Assembly: GCA_030390025.1 (NCBI GenBank)
Contig: CM059438.1
Span: 58,592,001-58,652,000, forward strand
Direction of reading: 5' to 3'
Length of the DNA: 60,000 nucleotides
Source: Squalus acanthias
Taxonomy: Eukaryota
Shown here: piece by piece, positions 1 to 12,348 of the stretch
How the letters are laid out: every line of letters starts with the position of its first letter
Numbering within the stretch: position 1 is the first letter of the stretch
The notes under the pieces: generated by a model
What the model saw: the letters and a program-made list of their open reading frames with translations, nothing else
The model's database searches: none
What the model was told of the DNA's origin: nothing
Translations under genes and position numbers: made by a program

Positions 1-362
1 CAGCACCTGCCCCCTCTCGGCTCCTCCTGCGGGGTGCTGGCCGCAATCGGTCAGTCTGGCACTCCTCTTGAGTGCCGGGCTCTTTTGCCGGCACCCCGCT
101 CCCTGGTGGTCCAGCTGGGTCCCGGTGTGCACTGCGCTAGGGCCCTCCCCTTTAATCAAGGGCGGAAGGCCTGCAGTACCGCGGCGCTGCGTGGTGCTGC
201 TGCATGTAGCGCCGCGATATTGAATGGGTAGCGCCCCAAGCAGGAGGCAGGGGCGCTACCACTCAATTTCGGGTGCGGGGGTGCTAACTTTTTCGGGACA
301 CTAAAAGTAGCGCCCCGGCGAAGTTATCGCCCCAAAGGGGGCGCGAGCCAATTGTTGCCCCT
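1..362. mobile_element. End of a GC-rich non-autonomous DNA transposon (Harbinger-like, tentative)
   Basis: CpG-rich block ending ...GCCAATTGTTGCCCC. Its reverse complement loosely resembles the start of the GC-rich element at 59548. Confidence 0.35.
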
Positions 363-609
363 GAATACTCTCATTACTGGATCGTTACTTCTTTGGTGTT
401 TTATGGCTTTTTTTCCTCCTGGAAGTGAAAAAAAATCTTTAATTCGGAATGAAGGGACCGAGGTCAAGACTGCAACTTTAAGACACGCTCATTAAAATAG
501 GAAATTGAAAACAAGAAGTGCAAAAACTCAATGGCCTCCGGATCTCAGGTGGTGCTACTATAGCAGGAAGCTAGTAAGGATTTGCCAGTCAATAAACCAA
601 CGGATGCCG

Positions 610-2210
610 GCGTGTGGGGTCTGCGCGCGTGTGGGCTCCGTGTGTGTGTGTGTGTGTGGGGTCCATGCGTGTGTGGGGTTCGTGCGTGTGTGTGTGTGGC
701 GTCCATGCGTGTGTGGGATCCGTGCGTGTGTGGGGTCCGTGCGTGTGTGTGGGGTCCGTGCGTGTGCGGGGTCCGTGCATGTGTGGGGTCCGTGTGTGTG
801 TGTGGCGTCCATGCGTGTGTGGGGTCCGTGCGTGTGTGTGGGGTCCGTGCGTGTGTGTGGGGTCCGTGCGTGTGCGGGGTCCGTGCATGTGCGTGGTCCG
901 TGCGTGTGGGGGGGTCCGTGTGTGTGGGGTCCGTGTGTGTGGGGTCCGTGTGTGTGTGTGTGTGTGTGTGTGGGGTCCGTGCGTGTGTGGGGTCCGTGCG
1001 TGTGTGTGTGTGTGTGGGGTCCGTGCGTGTGTGTGTGGGGCCCGTGCGTGTGTGGGGTCCGTGTGTGTGTGCGCGTGTGGGGTCCGTGTGTGTGTGCGCG
1101 TGTGGGGTCCGTGTGTGTGTGTGCCGTGTGTGTGTGTGTGTGGTCCGTGTGTGTGTGTGTGGGGTCCGTGTGTGTGCGTGTGTGTTCCGTGTGTGTGTGT
1201 GTGGTCCGTGTGTGTGTGTGTGGGGTCCGTGTGTGTGTGTGTGTGGTCCGTGTGTGTGTGTGTGTGGTCCGTGTGTGTGTGTGTGGTCCGTGTGTGTGTG
1301 TGTGGGGTCCGTGTGTGTGTGTGTGTGGGGTCCGTGTGTGTGTGCGCGTGTGGGGTCCGTGCGTGTGTGTTCCGTGTGTGGTCCGTGCGTGTGTGTTCCG
1401 TGTGTGTGGTCCGTGTGTGTGTGTGTGTGGTCCGTGTGTGTGTGTGTGGTCCGTGTGTGTGTGTGTGGGGTCCGTGTGTGTGTGTGTGGGGTCCGTGTGT
1501 GTGTGTGTGGGGTCCGTGTGTGTGTGTGTGGGGTCCATGTGTGTGTGTGTGGTCCGTGTGTGTGTGTGTGGTCCGTGTGTGTGTGTGTGGTCCGTGTGTG
1601 TGTGTGTGGTCCGTGTGTGTGCGTGTGGGGTCCGTGTGTGTGCGTGTGGGGTCCGTGCGTGTGTGAGGGCTCCGTGCGTGTGTGAGGGCTCCGTGCGTGT
1701 GTGTGGGCTCCGTGCGTGTGTGTGTGTGGCGTCCATGCGTGTGTGGGGTGCGTGTGTGTGGGGTCCGTGCGTGTGTGTGGGGTCCGTGCATGTGTGTGGG
1801 GTCCGTGCGTGTGTGTGGGGTCCGTGCGTGTGTGTGGGGTCCGTGCGTGTGTGTGGGGTCCATGCGTGTGTGTGGGGTCCGTGTGTGTGCGTGTGTGGGG
1901 TCCGTGTGATTGCGTGTGTGGGGTCCGTGTGTGTGCGTGTGTTGGGTCCGTGTGTGTACGTGTGTTGGGTCCGTGCGTGTGGGGTCCATGTGTGTGTGCG
2001 TGTGGGGTCCGTGCGTGTGTGTGCGTGTGGGGTCCGTGCGTGTGTGTTCCGTGTGTGGTCCGTGCGTGTGTGTTCCGTGTGTGTGTGTGTGTGTGTGGTC
2101 CGTGTGTGTGTGTGTGTGGTCCGTGTGTGTGTGTGTGGGGTCCGTGTGTGTGTGGTCCGTGTGTGTGTGTATGGGGTCCGTGTGTGTGGTCCGTGTGTGT
2201 GTGTGTGTGG

Positions 2211-2246
<36 letters not shown>

Positions 2247-3082
2247 GTCCGTGTGTGTGCGTGTGGGGTCCGTGTGTGTGCGTGTGGGGTCCGTGTGTGT
2301 GCGTGTGGGGTCCGTGCGTGTGTGAGGGCTCCGTGCGTGTGTGTGGGCTCCGTGCGTGTGTGTGTGGGGTCCGTGCGTGTGTGTGTGGCGTCCATGCGTG
2401 TGTGTGTGGGGTCCGTGCGTGTGTGGGGTCCGTGCGTGTGTGTGGGGTCCGTGCGTGTGTGGGGTCCGTGCGTGTGTGGGGTCCGTGCGTGTGTGTGGGG
2501 TCCGTGCGTGTGTGGGGTCCGTGCGTGTGTGTGGGGTCCGTGCGTGTGTGTGGGGTCCGTGCGTGTGTGTGGGGTCCGTGCGTGTGTGTGGGGTCCGTGC
2601 GTGTGTGTGGGGTCCGTGCGTGTGTGTGGGGTCCGTGCGTGTGTGTGGGGTCCGTGCGTGTGTGGGGGGGTCCGTGCGTGTGTGTGTGGGGTCCGTGCGT
2701 GTGTGTGGGGTCCGTGCGTGTGTGTGGGGTCCGTGCGTGTGTGTGGGGTCCGTGCGTGTGTGTGGGGTCCATGTGTGTGTGTGGGGTCCATGTGTGTGTG
2801 TGGGATCCGTGTGTGTGCGTGTGTGGGGTCCGTGTGATTGCGTGTGTGGGGTCCGTGTGATTGCGTGTGTGGGGTCCGTGTGTGTGCGTGTGTTGGGTCC
2901 GTGTGTGTACGTGTGTTGGGTCCGTGCGTGTGGGGTCCGTGTGTGTGTGTGGGGTCCGTGCGTGTGCGGGGTCCGTGTGTGTGTGTGTGTGGGGTCCGTG
3001 TGTGTGTGTGTGGGGTCCGTGTGTGTAGGGTCCATGCGTGTGTGTGTGGGGTCCGTGCGTGTGGGAAGCATGTGTGTGTGGT
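610..3082. repeat. GT-rich compound microsatellite/minisatellite, (GT)n-GGGGTCCGT(GC) units
   Basis: About 2.5 kb of variable (GT)n tracts punctuated by GGGGTCC. Confidence 0.97.
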
Positions 3083-3261
3083 GTCAGCTCTCATCCACCC
3101 CGGCCCCCCTAGACCTGGATCACGCTCTTTCCCCATCCCCATGTGCATGTGCTCTAACACCACCACCTTCCCTCATGTTCCTGAACTTCTCTCCACACGC
3201 CGACCTCCTTTGTCTCTCCCTCCTCCGATTCCCTCTCCTCCCTCCAATCCCCCGCTCCGAG

Positions 3262-6200
3262 CTCCTCTCTCTCCCCCGTTCCTCTCTCTCTCTCCCCCTG
3301 TTCCTCACTCTCCCCCGCTCCTCTCTCTCTCTCCCCCTGTTCCTCTCTCTCTCTCCCCCCGCTCCTCTCTCTCTCTCCCCCCGCTCCTCTCTCTCTCTCC
3401 CCCTGTCCCTCTCTCTCTCTCTCCCCGTTCCTCTCTCTCTCTCTCCCCCTGTTCCTCTCTCTCTCCCCCGCTCCTCTCTCTCTCTCCCCCTGTTCCTCTC
3501 TCTCTCTCCCCCGCTCCTCTCTCTCTCTCCCCCTGTTCCTCTCTCTCTCTCCCCCCGCTCCTCTCTCTCTCTCCCCCTGTCCCTCTCTCTCTCTCTCCCC
3601 CTGTCCCTCTCTCTCTCTCTCTCCCCCCCTGTCCCTCTCTCTCTCTCCCCCGCTCCTCTCTCTCTCTCTCCCCCCCCGTCCCTCTCTCTCTCTCTCTCCC
3701 CCGCTCCTCTCTCTCTCTCCCCCCCGCTCCTCTTTCTCTCTCCCCCTGTTCCTCTCTCTCTCTCCCCCCGCTCCTCTCTCTCTCTCCCCCCCTGTTCCTC
3801 TCTCTCTCTCCCCCTGTCCCTCTCTCTCTCCCCCCCTGTCCCTCTCTCTCTCCCCCCTGTCCCTCTCTCTCTCCCCCCCTGTCCCTCTCTCTCTCCCCCC
3901 CTGTCCCTCTCTCTCTCCCCCCCTGTCCCTCTCTCTCTCTCCCCCCGCTCCTCTCTCTCTCTCCCCCTGTCCCTCTCTCTCTCTCCCCCCCCCCCGCTCC
4001 TCTCTCTCTCTCCCCCCGCTCCTCTCTCTCTCTCCCCCCGTTCCCTCTCTCTCTCCCCCTGTCCCTCTCTCTCTCTCCCCCCCCCCGTCCCTCTCTCTCT
4101 CTCCCCCCCCGTCCCTCTCTCTCTCTCCCCCCCGTCCCTCTCTCTCTCTCCCCCGCTCCTCTCTCTCTCTCCCCCTGTCCCTCTCTCTCTCTCCCCCCCT
4201 GTCCCTCTCTCTCTCCCCCCGCTCCTCTCTCTCTCTCCCCCTGTCCCTCTCTCTCTCTCTCCCCCCGTCCCTCTCTCTCTCTCCCCCCGCTCCTCTCTCT
4301 CTCTCTCCCCCTGTTCCTCTCTCTCTCTCCCCCTGTTTCTCTCTCTCTCTCCCCCTGTCCCTCTCTCTCCCCCCCTGTCCCTCTCTCTCTCTCCCCCCGC
4401 TCCTCTCTCTCTCTCCCCCTGTCCCTCTCTCTCTCTCCCCCCGTCCCTCTCTCTCTCTCCCCCCGTCCCTCTCTCTCTCTCCCCCCGTCCCTCTCTCTCT
4501 CCCCCCCCGTCCCTCTCTCTCTCCCCCCCCGTCCCTCTCTCTCTCTCCCCCCGCTCCTCTCTCTCTCTCCCCCTGTCCCTCTCTCTCTCCCCCCCTGTCC
4601 CTCTCTCTCTCTCCCCCCGCTCCTCTCTCTCTCTCCCCCTGTCCCTCTCTCTCTCTCCCCCCCCGTCCCTCTCTCTCTCTCCCCCCGCTCCTCTCTCTCT
4701 CTCCCCCTGTCCCTCTCTCTCTCTCCCCCCGCTCCTCTCTCTCTCCCCCCCTGTCCCTCTCTCTCTCTCCCCCCGCTCCTCTCTCTCTCTCCCCCCCTGT
4801 CCCTCTCTCTCTCTCCCCCCCTGTCCCTCTCTCTCTCTCCCCCTGTCCCTCTCTCTCTCTCCCCCCCCTGTCCCTCTCTCTCTCTCCCCCTGTCCCTCCC
4901 TCTCTCTCCCCCCCCTGTCCCTCTCTCTCTCTCCCCCTGTCCCTCTCTCTCTCTCCCCCCCCTGTCCCTCTCTCTCTCTCCCCCTGTCCCTCTCTCTCTC
5001 TCCCCCCCCTGTCCCTCTCTCTCTCTCCCCCCCCCCCCCCCGCTCCTCTCTCTCTCTCCCCCCGCTCCTCTCTCTCTCTCTCCCCCTGTCCCTCTCTCTC
5101 TCCCCCCCTGTCCCTCTCTCTCTCCCCCCCTGTCCCTCTCTCTCTCCCCCCCTGTCCCTCTCTCTCTCCCCCCCTGTCCCTCTCTCTCTCTCCCCCCCCC
5201 CCCCGCTCCTCTCTCTCTCTCCCCCCGCTCCTCTCTCTCTCTCCCCCCGCTCCTCTCTCTCTCTCCCCCCGCTCCTCTCTCTCTCTCCCCCCGTCCCTCT
5301 CTCTCTCTCCCCCCGCTCCTCTCTCTCTCTCCCCCTGTTCCTCTCTCTCTCCCCCCCCTGTCCCTCTCTCTCCCCCCCTGTCCCTCTCTCTCTCCCCCCC
5401 CCCTGTCCCTCTCTCTCTCCCCCCCTGTCCCTCTCTCTCTCTCCCCCCGCTCCTCTCTCTCTCTCCCCCTGTCCCTCTCTCTCTCTCCCCCCGCTCCTCT
5501 CTCTCTCTCCCCCCGCTCCTCTCTCTCTCTCCCCCCGCTCCTCTCTCTCTCTCCCCCCGCTCCTCTCTCTCTCTCTCCCCCTGTCCCTCTCTCTCTCCCC
5601 CCCTGTCCCTCTCTCTCTCTCCCCCCCCCCCCGCTCCTCTCTCTCTCTCCCCCCGCTCCTCTCTCTCTCTCCCCCTGTCCCTCTCTCTCTCTCCCCCCCT
5701 GTCCCTCTCTCTCTCTCCCCCCTGTCCCTCTCTCTCTCTCCCCCTGTTCCTCTCTCTCTCTCCCCCTGTCCCTCTCTCTCTCTCCCCCCCTGTTCCTCTC
5801 TCTCTCTCCCCCTGTCCCTCTCTCTCTCTCCCCCCGCTCCTCTCTCTCTCTCCCCCTGTCCCTCTCTCTCTCCCCCTGTCCCTCTCTCTCTCTCCCCCTG
5901 TCCCTCTCTCTCTCCCCCCCTGTCCCTCTCTCTCTCCCCCCCTGTCCCTCTCTCTCTCTCCCCCCGCTCCTCTCTCTCTCTCCCCCTGTCCCTCTCTCTC
6001 TCTCCCCCCCTGTCCCTCTCTCTCTCCCCCCCTGTCCCTCTCTCTCTCTCCCCCCCCCCCGCTCCTCTCTCTCTCTCCCCCCGCTCCTCTCTCTCTCTCC
6101 CCCTGTCCCTCTCTCTCTCTCCCCCCTGTCCCTCTCTCTCTCTCCCCCTGTCCCTCTCTCTCTCCCCCTCTGTCCCTCTCTCTCTCTCCCCCTGTCCCTC

Positions 6201-7178
6201 TCTCTCTCTCCCCCTGTCCCTCTCTCTCTCTCCCCCTGTCCCTCTCTCTCCCCCCCGTCCCTCTCTCTCTCTCCCCGCTCCTCTCTCTCTCTCCCCCTGT
6301 CCCCCTCTCTCTCCCCGCCTGTCCCTCTCTCTCTCTCCCCCCCGCTCCTCTCTCTCTCCCCCCCCTGTCCCTCTCTCTCTCCCCCCCCTGTCCCTCTCTC
6401 TCTCCCCCCTGTCCCTCTCTCTCTCTCTCTCCCCCCCCCCCGCTCCTCTCTCTCTCCCCCCCCCCCGCTCCTCTCTCTCTCCCCCCCCCCGCTCCTCTCT
6501 CTCTCTCCCCCCCCCCCCCCCGCTCCTCTCTCTCTCTCCCCCCGCTCCTCTCTCTCTCTCCCCCTGTCCCTCTCTCTCTCCCCCCTGTCCCTCTCTCTCT
6601 CTCTCTCCCCCCCCCCCGCTCCTCTCTCTCTCTCCCCCCCCCCCCCCCGCTCCTCTCTCTCTCTCCCCCCGCTCCTCTCTCTCTCTCCCCCTGTTCCTCT
6701 CTCTCTCCCCCCCCTGTCCCTCTCTCTCTCCCCCCTGTCCCTCTCTCTCTCTCTCTCCCCCCCCCCCGCTCCTCTCTCTCTCCCCCCCCCCCCGCTCCTC
6801 TCTCTCTCTCCCCCCCCCCCCCCCCGCTCCTCTCTCTCTCTCCCCCCGCTCCTCTCTCTCTCTCCCCCTGTCCCTCTCTCTCTCCCCCCTGTCCCTCTCT
6901 CTCTCTCTCTCCCCCCCCCCGCTCCTCTCTCTCTCTCCCCCCCCCCCCCCCCGCTCCTCTCTCTCTCTCCCCCCGCTCCTCTCTCTCTCTCCCCCTGTTC
7001 CTCTCTCTCTCTCCCCCTGTCCCTCTCTCTCTCTCTCTCTCCCCCTGTTCCTCTCTCTCTCTCCCCCCGCTCCTCTCTCTCTCCCCCCCTGTTCCTCTCT
7101 CTCTCTCCCCCTGTCCCTCTCTCTCTCTCCCCCCGCTCCTCTCTCTCTCCCCCCCTGTCCCTCTCTCTCTCTCCCCCT
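3262..7178. repeat. Polypyrimidine compound satellite, (CT)n-Cn-TGTC/GCTC units
   Basis: About 3.9 kb essentially lacking A on the + strand; 20-25 bp variable units. Confidence 0.97.
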
Positions 7179-7714
7179 GCAGGGAGGCTCGGCACCTGCA
7201 CGTTTGGAACCCCCAGTGCGCATGCAAAGCCGCAACATCGAGTGCGCCTGCGCGGTTCCGGTGGAGGCGGGACGGTGTTGAGGCCCCGCCCCAAGCAGTG
7301 CGCACGCGCAGAAGGATGCAGCAGCCTGTGCAAGTCAGTCCGGCGTGTTTAATGATTTAAATTATGCATCAGATGCTTGATGTTGGATTGAGTTTCCTGG
7401 GTTTGACCAGCCCTCCTGTGGCTGTCACTGCCCCGCTCAGTGTTAAAATGGACCGGGATTCGGTGGCGAGCCAATTCACGATGTTTTAGGAATGGTGAAT
7501 GAATTCTCTTCCCACGATTCCCGCTCCCTCCTCATGTCCTGTGAGTGAAAGGGCCAGTGCGAGGTTGGTGTGAGGGGGACGGGGTTAGTTAAAGCGCCGA
7601 GCCATTCTCAGTCACCCACATCCATCCCATCAACAGGACCGGGAATGGGATGGGCGGAGTGTGAAGGCGGAGTCCCCGGGGTAATGTACTGCGGTGAGTG
7701 GCGTGGTTTGAATT

Positions 7715-7950
7715 AAAGTGAGAAGTCGCACAACACCAGGTTATAGTCCAACAGCTTTATTTGAAATCACAAGGTTTCGGAGCGGCTGCTCCTTCATCAG
7801 GTGAAGTGAAGAGATGTTTCTTCACTTCACCTGACGAAGGAGCAGCCGCTCCGAAAGCTTGTGATTTCAAATAAAGCTGTTGGACTATAACCTGGTGTTG
7901 TGCGACTTCTCACTTTTGTCCACCCCAGTCCAAGACCGGCATCTCCGCAT
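7715..7950. mobile_element. Fold-back Penelope-like pLTR mini-element (family B)
   Basis: TSD CGTGGTTTGAATT at 7702-7714 and 7951-7963. About 100-bp inverted arms around a short loop near 7813-7818, a hammerhead motif in each arm, and AATAAA. Confidence 0.85.
7827..7864 (+). ncRNA. Minimal hammerhead ribozyme motif (family B)
   Basis: UCAC-CUGACGA-A-GGAGC(agcc)GCUCC-GAAAG-CUU-GUGA: stem I UCAC/GUGA, conserved core, 5-bp stem II, palindromic AAGCUU stem III. Confidence 0.75.
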
Positions 7951-8320
7951 CGTGGTTTGAATTGGCAGAGAATGGGCCGCCCGGGCTGCTCGGCCCCAGC
8001 AGTGGGGTGCGTTGCCCGGCGATTGTTTACGGTCCGTTGACAGAAGGACTTGGTCTGACTTTAAGAAGAGAGGCAGGTTGTTTTTATTTGCAGAGCTCCA
8101 GTGTACGGCTCTCATCCTGCCGCTGATTACACGTAGCAGATTTTGACTATGATGAAGCACGTGGAATGATAAATACAAGTTTCGTCAGGTACCACTCAAG
8201 ACACCGTAGATGCTTAAAGCATAATGTTAGCCATGTTCATAATGGAGGGAAAATGTGTTCACGTACAAATATCTACATACACATAACACTCGAGAGATGA
8301 CACAAAGGCAATACACTAAC

Positions 8321-8497
8321 CTTCGACTCCTTTTCTTCCAGGAGGGTTTCCAGCTTCTTCTGTGCAGCCCGGCCCTCATGGTCATTGCTAACCACCAGAA
8401 TGATGTGACCCCAACGGAAACGCCTCATCATTTCAAACCAGACCTGAGCTTGGTGCGAATAGGGTGGAACGGTGCGGAGAAAAGAGAGATGGATACT
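8321..8497 (-). CDS. GRIN1: GluN1 coding exon 3 (gene continues beyond the window start)
   Basis: Acceptor TTTTTCCTGCAG|AGT, donor AAG|GTTAGT, 177 nt. Translation [59 protein letters not shown]. Confidence 0.97.
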
Positions 8498-8559
8498 CTG
8501 CAGGAAAAACACAGCGTCAGTCAGCAAATGGCTGCATAGCGTCAAGAGGTCGACAGCCC

Positions 8560-10520
8560 CCAGTCACTGGGCCCAGTCACAGCTCCCAGTCACAGCTCCT
8601 GGTCACAGCTCCTGGTCACTGGGCCCGGTCACAGCCCCCGGTCACAGCTCCGGTCACAGCTCCCGGTTACTGGGCCCGGTCACAGCTCCTGGTCACAGCT
8701 CCTGGTCACAGCTCCTGGTCACAGCTCCTGGTCACTGGGCCCGGTCACAGCCCCCGGTTACTGGGCCCGGTCACAGCTCCTGGTCACTGGGCCCGGTCAC
8801 AGCTCCCGGTCACAGCCCCCGGTCACAGGGCCCGGTTACTGGGCCCGGTCACAGCCCCCGGTCACAGCCCCCGGTCACAGGGCCCGGTCACAGCGCCCGG
8901 TCACAGGGCCCAGTTACTGGGCCCGGTCACAGCTCCCGGTCACTGGGCCCAGTCACAGCCCCCGGTCACAGCTCCCATTACAACTCCCGGTCACTGCCCC
9001 CAATTACGGCAAGGATTAATCAGGGATAGTCAGCATAGCTTTGTCAGGGGCAGATCATGTCTAACCAATTTGATTGAATTTTTCGAGGGGGTGACTAGGT
9101 GTGTGGATGAGGGTAGTGCAGTTGATGTAGTCTACATGGACTTCAGTAAGGCTTTTGACAAAGTCCCGCATGGGAGACTGTTCAAGAAGGTAAGAGCCCA
9201 TGGGATCCAGGGCAATTTGGCACAACGGATCCAAAATTGGCTTAGTGGCAGGAGGCAGAGGGTGATGGGCGAAGGTTGTTTTTGTGACTGGAAGCCTGTG
9301 TCCAGTGGTGTACCGTAGGGATCGGTGCTGGGTCCTTTGCTGTTTGTAGTGTACATTAATGATTTAGATATGAATGTAGGAGGTATGATCAGTAAGTTCG
9401 CAGATGACATGAAAATTGGTGGAGTGGTAAATAGCGAGGAGGGAAGCCTCAGGCTACAGGACGATATAGACGGGATGGTTAGATGGGCAGAACAGTGGCA
9501 AATGGAATTTAACCCTGAAAAGTGTCAGGTGATGCATTTTGACAGGACTAACAAGGCAAGGGAATACACAATGAATGATAGGACCCTAGGAAGGACAGAG
9601 GATCAAAGGGACCTTGGTGTGCATGTACATAGATCCCTGAAGGCAGCAGGACAGGTAGATAAGGTGGTTAAAAAGGCATATGGGATACTTGCCTTCATTA
9701 GCCGAGGCATAGAATATAAGAGCAGGGAGGTTATGATGGAGCTGTACAAAACGCTAGTTAGGCCACAGCTGGAATACTGTGTGCAGTTCTGGTCGCCACA
9801 CTATAGGAAGGATGTGATTGCATTGGAGAGGGTGCAGAGGAGATTCACCAGGATATTACCTGGGCTGGAGCGCTTCAGCTATGAAGAGAGACTGGACAGG
9901 CTGGGGTTGTTTTCCTTAGAGCAGAGAAGGCTGAGGAGGGACCTGATTGAGGTGTACAAAATTATGAGGGGCATAGATAGAGTAGATAGAAAGGAGCTTT
10001 TCCCCTTAGTAGAGGGGTCAATAACCAGGGGGCATAGTTTCAAGGTAAGGGGCAGGAGGTTTAGAGGGGATTTGAGGAAAAACTTTTTCACCCAGAGGGT
10101 GGTTGGAATCTGGAACTCACTGCCTGAAAGGGTGGTAGAGGCAGGAACCCTCACAACATTCAAGAAGCATTTAGATGAGCACTTGAAACGCCATAGCATA
10201 CAAGGCTACGGACCAAGTGCTGGAAATTGGGATTAGAATAGACAGGGCTTGATGGCCGGCGCGGACACGATGGGCCTCTTTCTGTGCTGTATGACTCTAT
10301 GACACTGGGCCCGGTCACACGGCACCAGTCACACGGCACCAGTCACAGCCCCCATCGCAGTCTCCAGTCACGGCCCAGTCGCAGCCCCCAGTCACAGCCC
10401 ACATCGCAGTCTCCAGTCGCAGCCCCCAGTCGCAGGGCCCAGTAACTCCAGGGTAAGAAAGATCCCAGTCACAGGGCCCAGTAACTCCAGGGTCAGAGAG
10501 CTGGCCCCCCAGTTACAGGG
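8560..10520. repeat. About 13-bp minisatellite (GGTCACAGCYCCY / ACTGGGCCC variants), split by a CR1 insertion at about 9008-10303
   Basis: Tandem units at 8560-9000 resume at 10304. Confidence 0.9.
9008..10303 (+). mobile_element. 5'-truncated CR1/HER1 LINE (RT and 3' UTR)
   Basis: Motifs YMDFSKAFDKVPH, GVP*G (premature stop 9316-9318), KFADD, RPQLEYC; tail GACTCTATGAC. Near-identical by eye to 54800-56110. Confidence 0.95.
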
Positions 10521-10585
10521 CCTGATCTCCTTACTGCAACAAGACAGGAGGTCCTGCAACATTATCAATATTATCTCAGTTTAGG

Positions 10586-10975
10586 AGCATCAGAACAGCA
10601 GGAGGCCATTCAGCCCTTCGAGCCAGTTTTGCCATTCAATTCGATCATGGCTGATCTGTATTTCAACTCTATTTACCCCCCTCGCTCCATATCCCACGAT
10701 ACTTAACAGCAATCAATTGGATCTCAGTCTTGAAAGCTCCAATTGTCCCTGAGCATCTGTAGCCTTTTGGCAGATAGAGTTCCATTTATCTACTACTCTT
10801 TGTGTGAAAGGTGCTTCCTGATTTGGCTCTAAACGGCCTGGCTCTAATTTTAAGGTTATGTCCACTTGTTCTAGACTCCCCGACCAGAGGAAATAATTGC
10901 TCTGTATCTACCTTATCGAATCCTTTTAACATTTTAAACGCCTCGATTAGTTCACACCTCAATCTTTTATATTTG
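10586..10975 (-). mobile_element. CR1 3' fragment (host of the nested cluster)
   Basis: Reverse-strand CR1 3' UTR (GGCCATTCAGCCCTTCGAGCC) and ORF2 C-terminus; appears to continue at 12229-12270 and 18770-18872. Confidence 0.8.
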
Positions 10976-12228
10976 ACTGAGTTCTACTAACTTGATTGAG
11001 TTCTTTGAGGTAACAGAGAGGGTTGATGAGGGCAATGCGGTTGACATGGTGTACATGGATTTCCAAAAGGCGTTCGACAAAGTGCCACATAATAGGCTCA
11101 CCAGCAAAATTGAAGCCCATGGAATAAAAGGGACAGTGGCAGCATGGATACGGAATCGGTTAAGTGATCAGAAACAGAGAGTAATGGTGAACCGTTGTTT
11201 TTCGGACTGGAGGAAGGTATACAGTGGTGTTCCCCAGGGGTCGGTTCTAGGACCACTGCTTTTCTGAATGAACGTGGGTGTACAGGGCACAATTTCAAAA
11301 TTTGCAGATGACACAAAACTTGGAAGTATAGTTAACAGTGAGAAGGAGAGTGATAGACTTCAGGAAGATATAGACAGGCTGGTGAAATGGGCGGACACGT
11401 GGCAGATGAAATTTAATGCAGAAAAGTGTGAAGTGATACATTTTGGTAGAAAGAATGAGGATAGGAAATATAAACTAAATGGTGCAATCCTGAAGGGGGT
11501 GCACGAACAGAGAGACCTGGGGGTATGTGGGCACAAATCGTTGAAGGTGGCAGAGCAGGTTGAGAAAACAGTTAAAAAGGCTTACGGGATCCTGGGCCTC
11601 ATAAATAGAGGTATAGAGTACAAAATGTGGAAATTATGATGAACTTGTATAAAACACTGGTTCAGCCCCAACTGGAGTACTGTGTCCAATTCTGGGCACC
11701 ACACTTTAGGAAGGATGTGAAGGCCTTAGAGAAGGTGCAGAAAAGATTTACGAGAATGATTCCAGGGATGAGGGACTTCAGTTACGTGGATAGACTGGAG
11801 AAGCTGGGGTTGTTCTTCTTGGAGCAGCGAAGGTTGAGAGGAGATTTGATAGAGATGATCAAAATCATGAGGGGTCTGGACAGAGTAGATAGAGAGAAAC
11901 TGTTCCCATTGGCAGAAGGGTCGAGAACCAGAGGACACAGATTTAAGGTGATTGGCAAAAAAAACAAAGGCAACATAAGAAAAAACTTTTTACGCAGCGA
12001 GTAGTTAAGGTCTGGAATGCACTGCCTGAAAGGGTGGTGGAAGCAGACTCAATCACGGCTTTAAAAAGAGAATTGGATAAGTATCTGAAGGAACGAAATT
12101 TGCAGGGCTACGGGGAAAGGGCAGGGGAGTGGGACTAGCTGAAGTGCTCTTGCAGAGAGCCGGCACGGGCTCGACGGGCCGAATGGCCGCCTTTTGTGCT
12201 GTAACCATTCTACGATTCTATGATTCTA
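10976..12228 (+). mobile_element. 5'-truncated CR1 LINE
   Basis: Frameshifted RT fragments ([28 protein letters not shown]); 3' tail ATTCTACGATTCTATGATTCT. Confidence 0.93.
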
Positions 12229-12348
12229 AGGGAATAGAAGTCAAGTTTATCCAACCTGTCCTCATAATTTTTTAATTTTATTCATTCATTCACGGGATGT
12301 GGGCGTTGCTGGCAAGGCCAGCATTTATTCATTGAATCATACAATCAT

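Noticed and set aside
505..7352. Very long ORFs (up to 1646 aa) on both strands
   Set aside because: Artefacts of stop-free simple repeats (VC/HT and SLP/RE runs), open in nearly all frames.
1..8320. GRIN1 N1 cassette exon (SKKRNYENLDQLSYDNKRGPK) or the next constitutive exon
   Set aside because: No matching sequence found by eye in the non-repeat parts; likely beyond the window start, or absent.
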